Assembly (NCBI GenBank): GCA_048884965.1
Contig: JBHLQH010000033.1
Location: forward strand, 1 to 39,505
Length of the DNA stretch: 39,505 bases
Source of the DNA: Candidatus Thorarchaeota archaeon
Lineage (GTDB): Archaea; Asgardarchaeota; Thorarchaeia; Thorarchaeales; Thorarchaeaceae
Reading direction: 5' to 3'
The notes beneath the pieces were generated by a model. The model was not told the DNA's origin, made no database searches, and saw only the letters and a program-made list of their open reading frames with translations. Shown piece by piece: positions 1 through 7,704 of the stretch; within the stretch, counting starts at the first letter, position 1, and each line of letters opens with the position of its first letter. Both the position numbers and the translations under genes were made by a program.

Positions 1-144
1 ATTCAGTACGACATATACCGAATAATCAATGACCCAATCAACAACATTGAGTGTCACAAGCACTCCAGGTAGCCATAATAACCAAGAGAAAAGGAATGTC
101 AACGCGAAGAACATGATGAGGTATCTTTCATTATTGCTAGTCAC
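1..144 (-). CDS. N-terminal fragment of a probable CPBP-family (CAAX/Abi) intramembrane metalloprotease, runs off the window edge
   Basis: Read manually: GTG at 144, open to base 1, MTSNNERYLIMFFALTFLFSWLLWLPGVLV... It resembles the N-terminal helix of the CPBP at 25528-26367 (FFILTYVISWIFWAP). Not in the ORF track. Confidence 0.6.
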   Translation of the reverse strand, partial: MTSNNERYLIMFFALTFLFSWLLWLPGVLVTLNVVDWVIDYSVYVVLN

Positions 145-314
145 TTCTTATTAGCACGCCTCGCCAAGCTTGAATTGAATCTGAGATATATTTCTTCGCC
201 TTCTTTTGGCCTCTAAAAGGAACTCCTCTCCAGAACTATATTATAAAATACTTAGTTCATTAACAAATGTTTTAATAAATTCGTGCGATTGCGTATGGTG
301 AGGATACAACGCAA

Positions 315-485
315 GTGCCTTCTTTCAAATGCAAAGATATCGGATTTCCTTGTGGTTACAAGGCTGACGCCTTGACCATGAAAGACCTGATGAAGAAAAT
401 AGCGATCCATGCTGAACGGACGCACCACCTGAAGACTCTGCCCCCTGAAACTATGGCGAAAGTCAAAGCAGTAATCCACCAGTAG
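315..485 (+). CDS. DUF1059-family small metal-binding protein (56 aa)
   Basis: Read manually: MPSFKCKDIGFPCGYKADALTMKDLMKKIAIHAERTHHLKTLPPETMAKVKAVIHQ, with the family-typical C-x-D-x-G-x-x-C and H-A-x-x-x-H pattern. SD-like GGTGAGG at 297-303. Below the ORF-track length cutoff. Confidence 0.85.
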   Translation: MPSFKCKDIGFPCGYKADALTMKDLMKKIAIHAERTHHLKTLPPETMAKVKAVIHQ

Positions 486-545
486 ACTCTTCCTATTCTC
501 TTTAATACGGTTTGATTTTCATCGCAGAAGCTCATGACATAGTCT

Positions 546-589
546 TACGGGAGTAATGATATGCAACTCCCGTACTTTCTTTCATTTTT
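546..589 (+). terminator. Hairpin plus pyrimidine tract between convergent genes, probable terminator
   Basis: TACGGGAGT (546-554) pairs perfectly with ACTCCCGTA (566-574) and is followed by CTTTCTTTCATTTTT. Confidence 0.5.
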
Positions 590-617
590 GACCATTTCAA
601 TAGAGTTACTCAGACAC

Positions 618-1235
618 TCATCCACCATGTCTTTTTACCCATATTAGTATCACAACCACTGATACGCAGGATACTATGAGAATAGTGGATATACCCATAG
701 GACTTAGAAAGAAGCTATCCGGAGGAGGACTGACAATCATGTATCCCCCCGTGTATGTCATCGGATTCGTCTCAGCCCAATTACCCATTGTATCATTCGC
801 CCAGATCTTGAAATGGAAATTACCTCCACTCCCTTCTGTCTGTGGATATCCACTAGTGTAATTCCACCAGACTGCATAGGTGAGATTACCGCGATATTGT
901 CCATTTGTTGCATTGCCAATGATTCGACTCGCCGTTCTATTCATCCACTCTGTTTCTCCAATCCATTGATATCGAAACAGGACCGTGTCAACCCCATCAG
1001 TGTCATTCACCCATGCAACATAGTTACATACTTCTTGTGTCTGTCCAGTATATGCGCCATCCCATGCGATAGTTACACCTTCTGTACTATTCCACCACTC
1101 AATGACAGGCTCGCCGCATCCATCGTCTGAGAGCGAGAACAAAGCTCCCTGTATTCTTTGAGCATCAGCAGTACCATAAAGGTGAGATATCCCCAGAACA
1201 AGAACTAGTCCCATCACGATTAGCAGTTTTCTCAT
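618..1235 (-). CDS. Hypothetical secreted protein with C-terminal membrane anchor
   Basis: N-terminal signal peptide (MRKLLIVMGLVLVLG), beta-rich body with several N-x-S/T sequons, C-terminal TM helix followed by KRH. Confidence 0.75.
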   Translation of the reverse strand: MRKLLIVMGLVLVLGISHLYGTADAQRIQGALFSLSDDGCGEPVIEWWNSTEGVTIAWDGAYTGQTQEVCNYVAWVNDTDGVDTVLFRYQWIGETEWMNRTASRIIGNATNGQYRGNLTYAVWWNYTSGYPQTEGSGGNFHFKIWANDTMGNWAETNPMTYTGGYMIVSPPPDSFFLSPMGISTILIVSCVSVVVILIWVKRHGG

Positions 1236-1535
1236 GTGTGAAATACGCTAGAAATGGATTAGATTCTATTTTTTGTACAAATTGGCATTCTGCGTTCTAA
1301 AAGATGGACACTGGCCATTTGTTAAGTTAACGATTTTGTATGCTTTCTCGAAATCCTTCAGTCCATACACTTCTATCAACTGCACTCGCTTTATGCTATA
1401 AGACCTCAATAGAAGCACCGGAGATATGAAATAGAGGCATGGAATAAAATGTAGCTTCTTATTAATGCTTTTTACAAATCTACCACAGCACGACCATCTG
1501 CCTTCTGAAGGGCTTGACTAACCGAGGACAGCAAA

Positions 1536-2189
1536 ATGACGAATTCCATGAATACGCCTCAGCTAAAAGACAAAGTGAAGAGTTCTTCCTCTATCTCGCT
1601 TCGGAGTGGAGTGACGAAGATTCTCGTCGCAGGCTCTGGAGCTGTAGGGAAGACGACGCTACTGCAGGTACTCAAGGACAATAAACCCCTTGAGATCACC
1701 ACCCTCTCGCAAGAATATCACCGGACGCCATTTCTCAACATTGAGACCATCAGCGTAGAGCGTATTGGAGGTACTGGGTCCAGGGGCATCTTCCTTATGG
1801 TCGATGTCGCTGGCCAGCTTGACCTTCCCATTCATGCTCTACGTGACTTCAGTAATCTCGCACTTGGCAGTGTGGAGCTTGTGATGCTGATGTTCTCAGC
1901 AGATAATCTGCAATCTCTGCTCGATCTGAAGGATTGGGTTTCCATCGTGAAGACGCAGCATAAGGGAAACCGTCCGCTGCAATTTGTCTTGATCATGAAC
2001 AAGTGCGACCTTGACAATTGCATCGATCGAGGGCTGGTGGAGCAATTCATGGAGTCAGAGCCTTTGACTGCAGGATACTTTGAGATTAGCTGTAGGAATG
2101 GCGAAGGTCTGGATGAGCTGCAACAATGGCTAGTTGAAACAACGAAACAAGAGAGTGATTTAGGGGACTTCAAAGATGACACTACTTAG
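1536..2189 (+). CDS. Ras-superfamily small GTPase (Rab/Arf/Roc-like)
   Basis: G1 GSGAVGKTT, G2 Thr (RTPF), G3 DVAGQ, G4 NKCD, G5 EISC. No C-terminal CaaX. Confidence 0.9.
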   Translation: MTNSMNTPQLKDKVKSSSSISLRSGVTKILVAGSGAVGKTTLLQVLKDNKPLEITTLSQEYHRTPFLNIETISVERIGGTGSRGIFLMVDVAGQLDLPIHALRDFSNLALGSVELVMLMFSADNLQSLLDLKDWVSIVKTQHKGNRPLQFVLIMNKCDLDNCIDRGLVEQFMESEPLTAGYFEISCRNGEGLDELQQWLVETTKQESDLGDFKDDTT

Positions 2190-3093
2190 TACAACTGAAT
2201 TCATTTGCAAGGTATGTGGCAAGCCAATCGAGTTTGATATCACCAAGGAGAAGACCTACATCTCCAAGACCGAGCATGAGGATTTCTTCGGAATGAAATT
2301 GACGACCTATCGCGTGTCCCATGATGATGAGAATGAACGACATTACAACTCTGTTGTTGTTGACCACATGGGATTGTTTAGAGGACATCGTGATGCCTAC
2401 TCTGAACCGATACACGCTCTTGATCCATCGACAGAGCGAAGATATTGGGTCTATCATGAGGATGAGAAAACTGGCGATCCAACAAATGGAATTGGACTTG
2501 CCCTTCTTATCAGCAGAAACCAGAGGTGGGTCGTAGACATTGTATGTCCAACACGAATGAACGCATCTGAGATTGCTACACTAGTATTAGACCGAGTCGA
2601 AGAAGCTTGGCGTATCTATAATGATATCCCTCAACCTATGGAAACCCATTTTGCGGACTTGGACTTCCATGTATGGACTTCGGATGAGCGTGTTCTTTGT
2701 GTCAGCTTCAATAATCCAAAGTTGCTCAAACCCATGGAATCTATTGCCCGTCAAATAGTGACAGAAAATGATGAGAGTATAATTCCACGGCGTAGATTGC
2801 TGAATCTCGTGTTCCAGATTCTTGAGAAGGATCCCAATCTATCTCCTCAAATGCTCTCTAAGATTATGAATGAGGATATGCTCTTCACAACATTTCATAC
2901 GCCCTATGAAGATAGGATACCTAGTATTGTTGAGAGGACGACTGAAAGACTCCCGATTGCCAAGGATATTCTTGGACCCCTTCTACGGGGATACCTTACA
3001 TTGATTGACATGCTTGAGGGAGAATACTGCTCAAGATACAAGGAAATCTTTGAGCTTGTTGATTTCATAAACCGACGACGTGTTTTGGGATAG
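2176..3093 (+). CDS. Hypothetical protein with N-terminal CxxC...H...H putative Zn-binding domain, coupled to the GTPase
   Basis: 305-aa ORF overlapping the GTPase stop by 14 nt. CKVC, then SH and RH. Helical C-terminus. Confidence 0.75.
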   Translation: MTLLSTTEFICKVCGKPIEFDITKEKTYISKTEHEDFFGMKLTTYRVSHDDENERHYNSVVVDHMGLFRGHRDAYSEPIHALDPSTERRYWVYHEDEKTGDPTNGIGLALLISRNQRWVVDIVCPTRMNASEIATLVLDRVEEAWRIYNDIPQPMETHFADLDFHVWTSDERVLCVSFNNPKLLKPMESIARQIVTENDESIIPRRRLLNLVFQILEKDPNLSPQMLSKIMNEDMLFTTFHTPYEDRIPSIVERTTERLPIAKDILGPLLRGYLTLIDMLEGEYCSRYKEIFELVDFINRRRVLG

Positions 3094-4140
3094 GTGAATA
3101 GAATGATCTCTACAATAAGTGCATGGCTTGAAATTATGAAAGCAATTGGTGCTCGAGATATAGCAAAGGTGTTGCGAGAGTATTATCGAGCGCTTTCTGT
3201 AAATGTCCTACGGAAAGAAGGACTATTTGATTTCTTGGTATCCCCACGAAAGATCCAAGATATTGCGGACCACTTCGGATATACAGATTTAGAATATCTC
3301 ACCAAATATCTTGAGGTGTTTGCTAATGACGATATAATCATCAAGGAGAATGGCACATTTAGAACAAATGGGTCTGTAAATGAATTTCCATTGGAACCCC
3401 CTAAAGATTTTGGTCCTGGTTTTGTGCAAGTAACCACGGATGCTTCTGCAGGAATTCCCGACCGCATGAGAGGTCACTACATAACGTTCTCTGATGAGAT
3501 GAGCACCTTCAATTGGGATGACTCTCTCCGTATGAAGATGTATGATTCTATTCGAAGGGCTGCATTCAAATATACAGATGCACTCAAAAGAGGCGGCAAC
3601 TTCATTGATGTTGGTTGTGGTAACGGGGTTGGAACTGCAGCAATCTGGGGTTACTACTACAAGAAAGGTTCATTCCAATCTAATAATCCTGTGAAAATCT
3701 ACGGATTGGAATACGATCCGAACCTCAAACGGATTGCAGAAGAGGAGTTTTCTTACTCTGCTGCTCGTCTTCTAAATGTAGATCGTGATGTTGTTGATGC
3801 ACTTAAGGAGCACCATCCGACGTTTGTGCATGGTAATGCAGAAGAACTCCCCTTTGATGACGAATTCTTCGATATGGTCTATACCTCTCAAGTCATTCAT
3901 TGGTGTGATGCTGAGAAAGCTACTAAGGAGATGATGCGCGTTTTGAAGCCAGACGGACTCATGTTTGGAACTGAGGCGTTCCATCCAACGATGGATTCCT
4001 ACGTTGAGATGTACATTCTACTAAATGAAGGAGCGTATGGCTCCATAAAGAAGGAGGACTTCTTCCGGTGGGTCCAAGAAGCTGGAGCTTCTGATGTGAA
4101 TTCAGTCACTCCGGCAGGTGTATTCAGAGTGCTGAAGTAA
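3094..4140 (+). CDS. Class I SAM-dependent methyltransferase with N-terminal extension
   Basis: Motif I IDVGCGNG, GNAEELPFDDEFFD and RVLKPDG. Starts immediately after the upstream TAG. Confidence 0.85.
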   Translation: MNRMISTISAWLEIMKAIGARDIAKVLREYYRALSVNVLRKEGLFDFLVSPRKIQDIADHFGYTDLEYLTKYLEVFANDDIIIKENGTFRTNGSVNEFPLEPPKDFGPGFVQVTTDASAGIPDRMRGHYITFSDEMSTFNWDDSLRMKMYDSIRRAAFKYTDALKRGGNFIDVGCGNGVGTAAIWGYYYKKGSFQSNNPVKIYGLEYDPNLKRIAEEEFSYSAARLLNVDRDVVDALKEHHPTFVHGNAEELPFDDEFFDMVYTSQVIHWCDAEKATKEMMRVLKPDGLMFGTEAFHPTMDSYVEMYILLNEGAYGSIKKEDFFRWVQEAGASDVNSVTPAGVFRVLK

Positions 4141-4171
4141 TTCATAGGGAGTATACTTAGACCAAAACCAT

Positions 4172-4259
4172 GACCCCGGCGGCCGTATTCAAGGTTCAAA
4201 ATAGATGTGCTCTTCCGGCGTACATCCCCCTCTATCTACGCTGGGGTCGCCCCCTTTTT
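4172..4259 (+). other. GC-rich stem-loop element followed by a T-tract (terminator or small RNA)
   Basis: GACCCCGGCG (4172-4181) pairs with CGCTGGGGTC (4239-4248) with one G-U. Inner stem GATGTGC (4204-4210)/GTACATC (4220-4226). TTTTT at 4255-4259. Confidence 0.45.
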
Positions 4260-4297
4260 CTCATACTCCTTCCACCCATTTCATACTCGGAAACTTC

Positions 4298-4314
4298 GGG
4301 AATAGGTTATATTG
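4298..4314 (+). promoter_or_regulatory. Putative BRE/TATA promoter of the homocysteine operon
   Basis: Purine-rich GGGAATAGG followed by TTATAT (4307-4312). Archaeal spacing puts the TSS at about 4336-4340. Confidence 0.5.
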
Positions 4315-4339
4315 GAATTTGCATCGCAATCGCACGCCA

Positions 4340-4492
4340 GACGAATCGAAAAGTATCCAGTAATTGCTTGAGTAGGGGAAGCGACAGCTCATCGAGAAGA
4401 TGGGTTGTTAGATTTAGTGCAGATTACCATCAAACTAGTTGGGACTAGGATAGGTAGGAATCTCGCACCTCGATTCGTCAGATACTACTTTT
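4340..4492 (+). ncRNA. Candidate structured cis-regulatory 5' leader (riboswitch-like)
   Basis: Perfect 10-bp long-range stem 4340-4349/4470-4479 enclosing nested stems whose G-U pairs work only on the + strand. Lies upstream of the Met-precursor operon. Confidence 0.45.
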
Positions 4493-4537
4493 GTGATTCT
4501 CGGATTCCTTCGAAGCGTCAATAGGAGGTAAAAGAAC

Positions 4538-5899
4538 ATGGTTGAACAAATAAGAACTGTAGAGGAAATCAATGAGCGAATCAAGAATGGTGATGCACAC
4601 GTAGTTACAGCATCTGAGATGAAGGGAATTGTAGCAGAGCTCGGTGCTGAAAAGGCCGCCTATGAGGTTGATGTCGTTACGACCGGTACATTCGGTGCGA
4701 TGTGCTCATCTGGATTGTGGATGAACTTCGGGCATTCTGAGCCTCCTATGAAAATGTCGCGAGTCTGGCTGAACGATGTGGAGGCCTATGCAGGAGTAGC
4801 TGCAGTTGATGCCTATGTTGGAGCCACCCAGCTCTCTGAAACGCATGGCATGGACTATGGTGGAGGACACGTTATCGAAGACCTTCTGAGGGGAAAGGCA
4901 GTACACTTGCGAGCTGAGGCATATGGCACTGATTGCTATCCGAGAAAGGAACTATCCATCGATATATCTCTTGAAGAGATGAATCAGGCGATCTTGTCCA
5001 ATCCCCGAAACGGGTATGAGCGCTATGCAGTCGCAGTGAACACAACTGAACGGACTCTCTACACATACATGGGGAAGCTTCTTCCTGATTTGGGGAATGC
5101 TACATTTTCTGGTGCAGGTTCCATTGCTCCCATTCTGAACGATCCTTCCTATCGTGCAATTGGCATAGGGGCTCGAATTTTCCTAGGTGGTGCCCAAGGT
5201 TACATTATCGGACGAGGGACTCAGCATAGCCCAACGACTGGCTTTGGCACACTGATGGTCCAAGGGGACCTCAAAAAGATGAGATCCGAGTATCTCAAGG
5301 GTGCTACCATGACGAAATATGGAACCACGCTCTTTGTTGGGCTTGGAGTACCTATTCCGATTCTGGACAGAAGGATGGCTGAGGCAACTGGGATAACTGA
5401 TGATAGGATAATAACAAATGTCTTCGATTACTCGCAGCCCACTCGTAGTCGTCAGTCCTTGAAACAGGTCACATATGATGAGCTAAAGGCAGGTGCTCTC
5501 GAGATAGGTGGTCGAGAGATTAGTACTGCACCTATCTCTAGCTTCAAGGTCGCTGAGAGAATAGGAGAGGAGCTGAGGCAGGAGATTCTCTTAGGCAAGT
5601 TCTATCTCACCTCTCCCGTTGAGCAACTCTTTCAGGTAGAGGTGTGCAATCCTATGACCCAACGAGCTGTGTCCGGTGAGCCACTGCAGCTCAGGATTGC
5701 GCCTACTGTACCTGAAGGTCAATCTGTGATTAGGATGGCAGATCGATGCATTCACTGTGGGCTCTGTGTTTCCTACTGTCAAGCAGGAGTGTTCCAGCGA
5801 AGTAAGGATGGCACCATTGTCGATAATCCTGACCTTTGTGTAGAGTGTGGCGAGTGCCAAGATATTTGTCCTCACTTGGCCATTGGCACAAGGAGCTGA
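4538..5899 (+). CDS. Homocysteine biosynthesis protein (DUF39, MA1821/MJ0100-like aspartate-semialdehyde sulfurtransferase) fused to a C-terminal 2x[4Fe-4S] ferredoxin
   Basis: RTVEEINERIKNG, VDVVTTGTFGAMCSSG, YGGGHVIEDL, GTDCYPR. C-terminal CIHCGLCVSYC and CVECGECQDICP. SD GGAGGT upstream. Confidence 0.9.
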   Translation: MVEQIRTVEEINERIKNGDAHVVTASEMKGIVAELGAEKAAYEVDVVTTGTFGAMCSSGLWMNFGHSEPPMKMSRVWLNDVEAYAGVAAVDAYVGATQLSETHGMDYGGGHVIEDLLRGKAVHLRAEAYGTDCYPRKELSIDISLEEMNQAILSNPRNGYERYAVAVNTTERTLYTYMGKLLPDLGNATFSGAGSIAPILNDPSYRAIGIGARIFLGGAQGYIIGRGTQHSPTTGFGTLMVQGDLKKMRSEYLKGATMTKYGTTLFVGLGVPIPILDRRMAEATGITDDRIITNVFDYSQPTRSRQSLKQVTYDELKAGALEIGGREISTAPISSFKVAERIGEELRQEILLGKFYLTSPVEQLFQVEVCNPMTQRAVSGEPLQLRIAPTVPEGQSVIRMADRCIHCGLCVSYCQAGVFQRSKDGTIVDNPDLCVECGECQDICPHLAIGTRS

Positions 5900-5910
5900 G
5901 GTGGTGGCAA

Positions 5911-6633
5911 TTGAAACGTCAAAGCATCAGAGTCGATGAAACGATTGCAACCATCACAGCGGAGGAGCACCTAATTCCGCCTGCCCTGAAGTTGGTACAA
6001 GAATCTCGGGAGTTGATACTGAGTTACATCAATGAAGACCCTGAGTTCGAGTCCAGCCTCAGTCCTGTGGACGTTTCCAAGAATGCTCCTGTTCTCATTC
6101 GAAGAATGGCGGAGGCAAGTGCCATAGCTAACGTTGGACCAATGGCCTCTGTGGCAGGAGCTATCGCTCAGTTCGTCGTTGAGGGTTTGGTTGCAGATGG
6201 CGCTGACCATGTTATCTTTGATAATGGTGGAGATATCGCTATGTATCTGAGTCAACCGGTCATTGCAGGTATCTATGCGGGTCCCACAGCGATCGATGGT
6301 CTTGGTCTTCGGATTTCATCTTTAGGGACACTCCTTGGCCTCTGCACGTCGTCTGGGACTGTTGGGCACTCGTTCAGCTATGGCGTGGCTGATGCAGCGA
6401 TCGTATACTCCCCCGATGTGGCGCTAGCTGATGCAGTCGCGACAAGGCTAGGTAACCAGATTACCGTAAGAGACCCTGAGATCCTCACTTCCTCAATGAG
6501 GGCTGTCATGTTTGATGGAATCGAGGGAGTCATGACCATTCTAGGGGATGCGATTGGAACCTGCGGTCATTTGCCTGAAGTTGTCAAGGCGAATGTAGAT
6601 TACGACTTGATCTCAAAGGCTTGGGAGGTATGA
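5911..6633 (+). CDS. UPF0280/ApbE-like protein (MA1715-like, sulfide assimilation)
   Basis: VGPMASVAGAIA, DNGGDIA, CTSSGTVGHSFSYGVADA, ALADAVATRLGN. Start moved to TTG 5911 after the SD GAGGTGG (track start 5836 overlaps the upstream gene). Confidence 0.88.
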   Translation: MKRQSIRVDETIATITAEEHLIPPALKLVQESRELILSYINEDPEFESSLSPVDVSKNAPVLIRRMAEASAIANVGPMASVAGAIAQFVVEGLVADGADHVIFDNGGDIAMYLSQPVIAGIYAGPTAIDGLGLRISSLGTLLGLCTSSGTVGHSFSYGVADAAIVYSPDVALADAVATRLGNQITVRDPEILTSSMRAVMFDGIEGVMTILGDAIGTCGHLPEVVKANVDYDLISKAWEV

Positions 6634-6636
6634 ATC

Positions 6637-7704
6637 TTGGGGAAGATACGAGTAGGCATCTTTGGCGCAACGGGTATGGTTGGCCAACACTTCGTTAGGT
6701 TGCTTCACGACCATCCTGCCTTTGAACTGGTGATGGTGACCGCGTCAGAGAGGTCACGAGGGATCAGATATCTAGATGCGACTGACTGGATGATTGGAAG
6801 CACTATGCCTGAATCGGTTCATGACCTGATACTCCAAGAAACCACCGCGACTGCTCTGCAAATCGAGGAGGTCGATGTAGTGTTCAGTGCGCTTCCCTCA
6901 CAGATCGCTGGTCCTGTGGAGGATGATGCTGCATCCATAGGAGTCCCTGTCTTCTCGAACGCAGGGGCACATAGGATGCGACCTGATGTTCCCATCCTTA
7001 TACCAGAGATAAATTCCCAGCATCTGCAGCTAGTCAGTGAACAGAGATATGCCCCAGGATTCATCGTCACCAATTCGAATTGCTCTACTTCTGGACTCGT
7101 CTTCGGCCTCAAGCCATTGATGGCATTTGGTCTGGAAGAAGTCAATGTCACGACCATGCAAGCGGTTTCCGGTGCTGGGAGGAGAGGTGTGGCGTCCTTG
7201 GACATTCTCGGGAACATCATTCCTCACATCAAGAATGAGGAACAGAAGATGGAAACAGAGCCACAGAAGATACTGGGCTCTCTCGTTGACGGACGTGTGA
7301 GGTCAGCAGATTTCAGAATTACTGCGACTTGTACCCGAGTCCCTGTTGCGAATGGTCATCTCGAAAGTGTTTCTGTGAAGTTGAAGGAGGATATATCCGC
7401 TGAGGATGCGATTAGTGCCTTCTCGGAGTTTGCTGGAGATATCCCATCACTAGGATTGTCAACTGCTCCTATTCGACCAATCACTGTGTTTCTGGAACAC
7501 GACCACCCACAACCCTCAAGAGATCTCTTCACCACAGACGATCCATTAGGGATGAGTATAAAGATAGGACGAGTCAGAAAGAAGGGTGACTCGATTCAGT
7601 TCATATTACTCGTACATAATACGATGAGAGGTGCTGCAGGCGCATCAGTACTGAATGCAGAATACGCCTTTCATACTGGGTACTTGGATGAGGTGATAGC
7701 ATGA
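6637..7704 (+). CDS. asd: Aspartate-semialdehyde dehydrogenase (archaeal/fungal type)
   Basis: GATGMVGQ, NSNCST catalytic Cys, QAVSGAG, CTRVPVANGH, HNTMRGAAG. Confidence 0.95.
   Translation: MGKIRVGIFGATGMVGQHFVRLLHDHPAFELVMVTASERSRGIRYLDATDWMIGSTMPESVHDLILQETTATALQIEEVDVVFSALPSQIAGPVEDDAASIGVPVFSNAGAHRMRPDVPILIPEINSQHLQLVSEQRYAPGFIVTNSNCSTSGLVFGLKPLMAFGLEEVNVTTMQAVSGAGRRGVASLDILGNIIPHIKNEEQKMETEPQKILGSLVDGRVRSADFRITATCTRVPVANGHLESVSVKLKEDISAEDAISAFSEFAGDIPSLGLSTAPIRPITVFLEHDHPQPSRDLFTTDDPLGMSIKIGRVRKKGDSIQFILLVHNTMRGAAGASVLNAEYAFHTGYLDEVIA

Noticed and set aside
252-479. 75-aa minus-strand ORF in the track
   Set aside because: Antisense shadow of the DUF1059 gene at 315-485.
1236-1535. Short palindromes (TTTGTACAAA, GTTAAGTTAAC) in the divergent intergenic region
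   Set aside because: AT-rich and short enough to occur by chance, with no supporting repeat.
4172-4252. Possible tRNA-Sec or tRNA-like element (long terminal stem, TTCAAA, 3' GCC)
   Set aside because: No D-arm, anticodon stem or T-arm can be formed.
4170-4448. 92-aa ORF in the leader region
   Set aside because: No recognisable motifs or SD, and it overlaps the predicted promoter and RNA stems. A leader-peptide role cannot be fully excluded.
4141-4537. SRP RNA, RNase P RNA, 5S rRNA, or canonical SAM-I/lysine/T-box/cobalamin riboswitch
   Set aside because: Diagnostic conserved motifs were not found intact by eye. Only a partial SAM-I-like motif order is present, reported as a finding.
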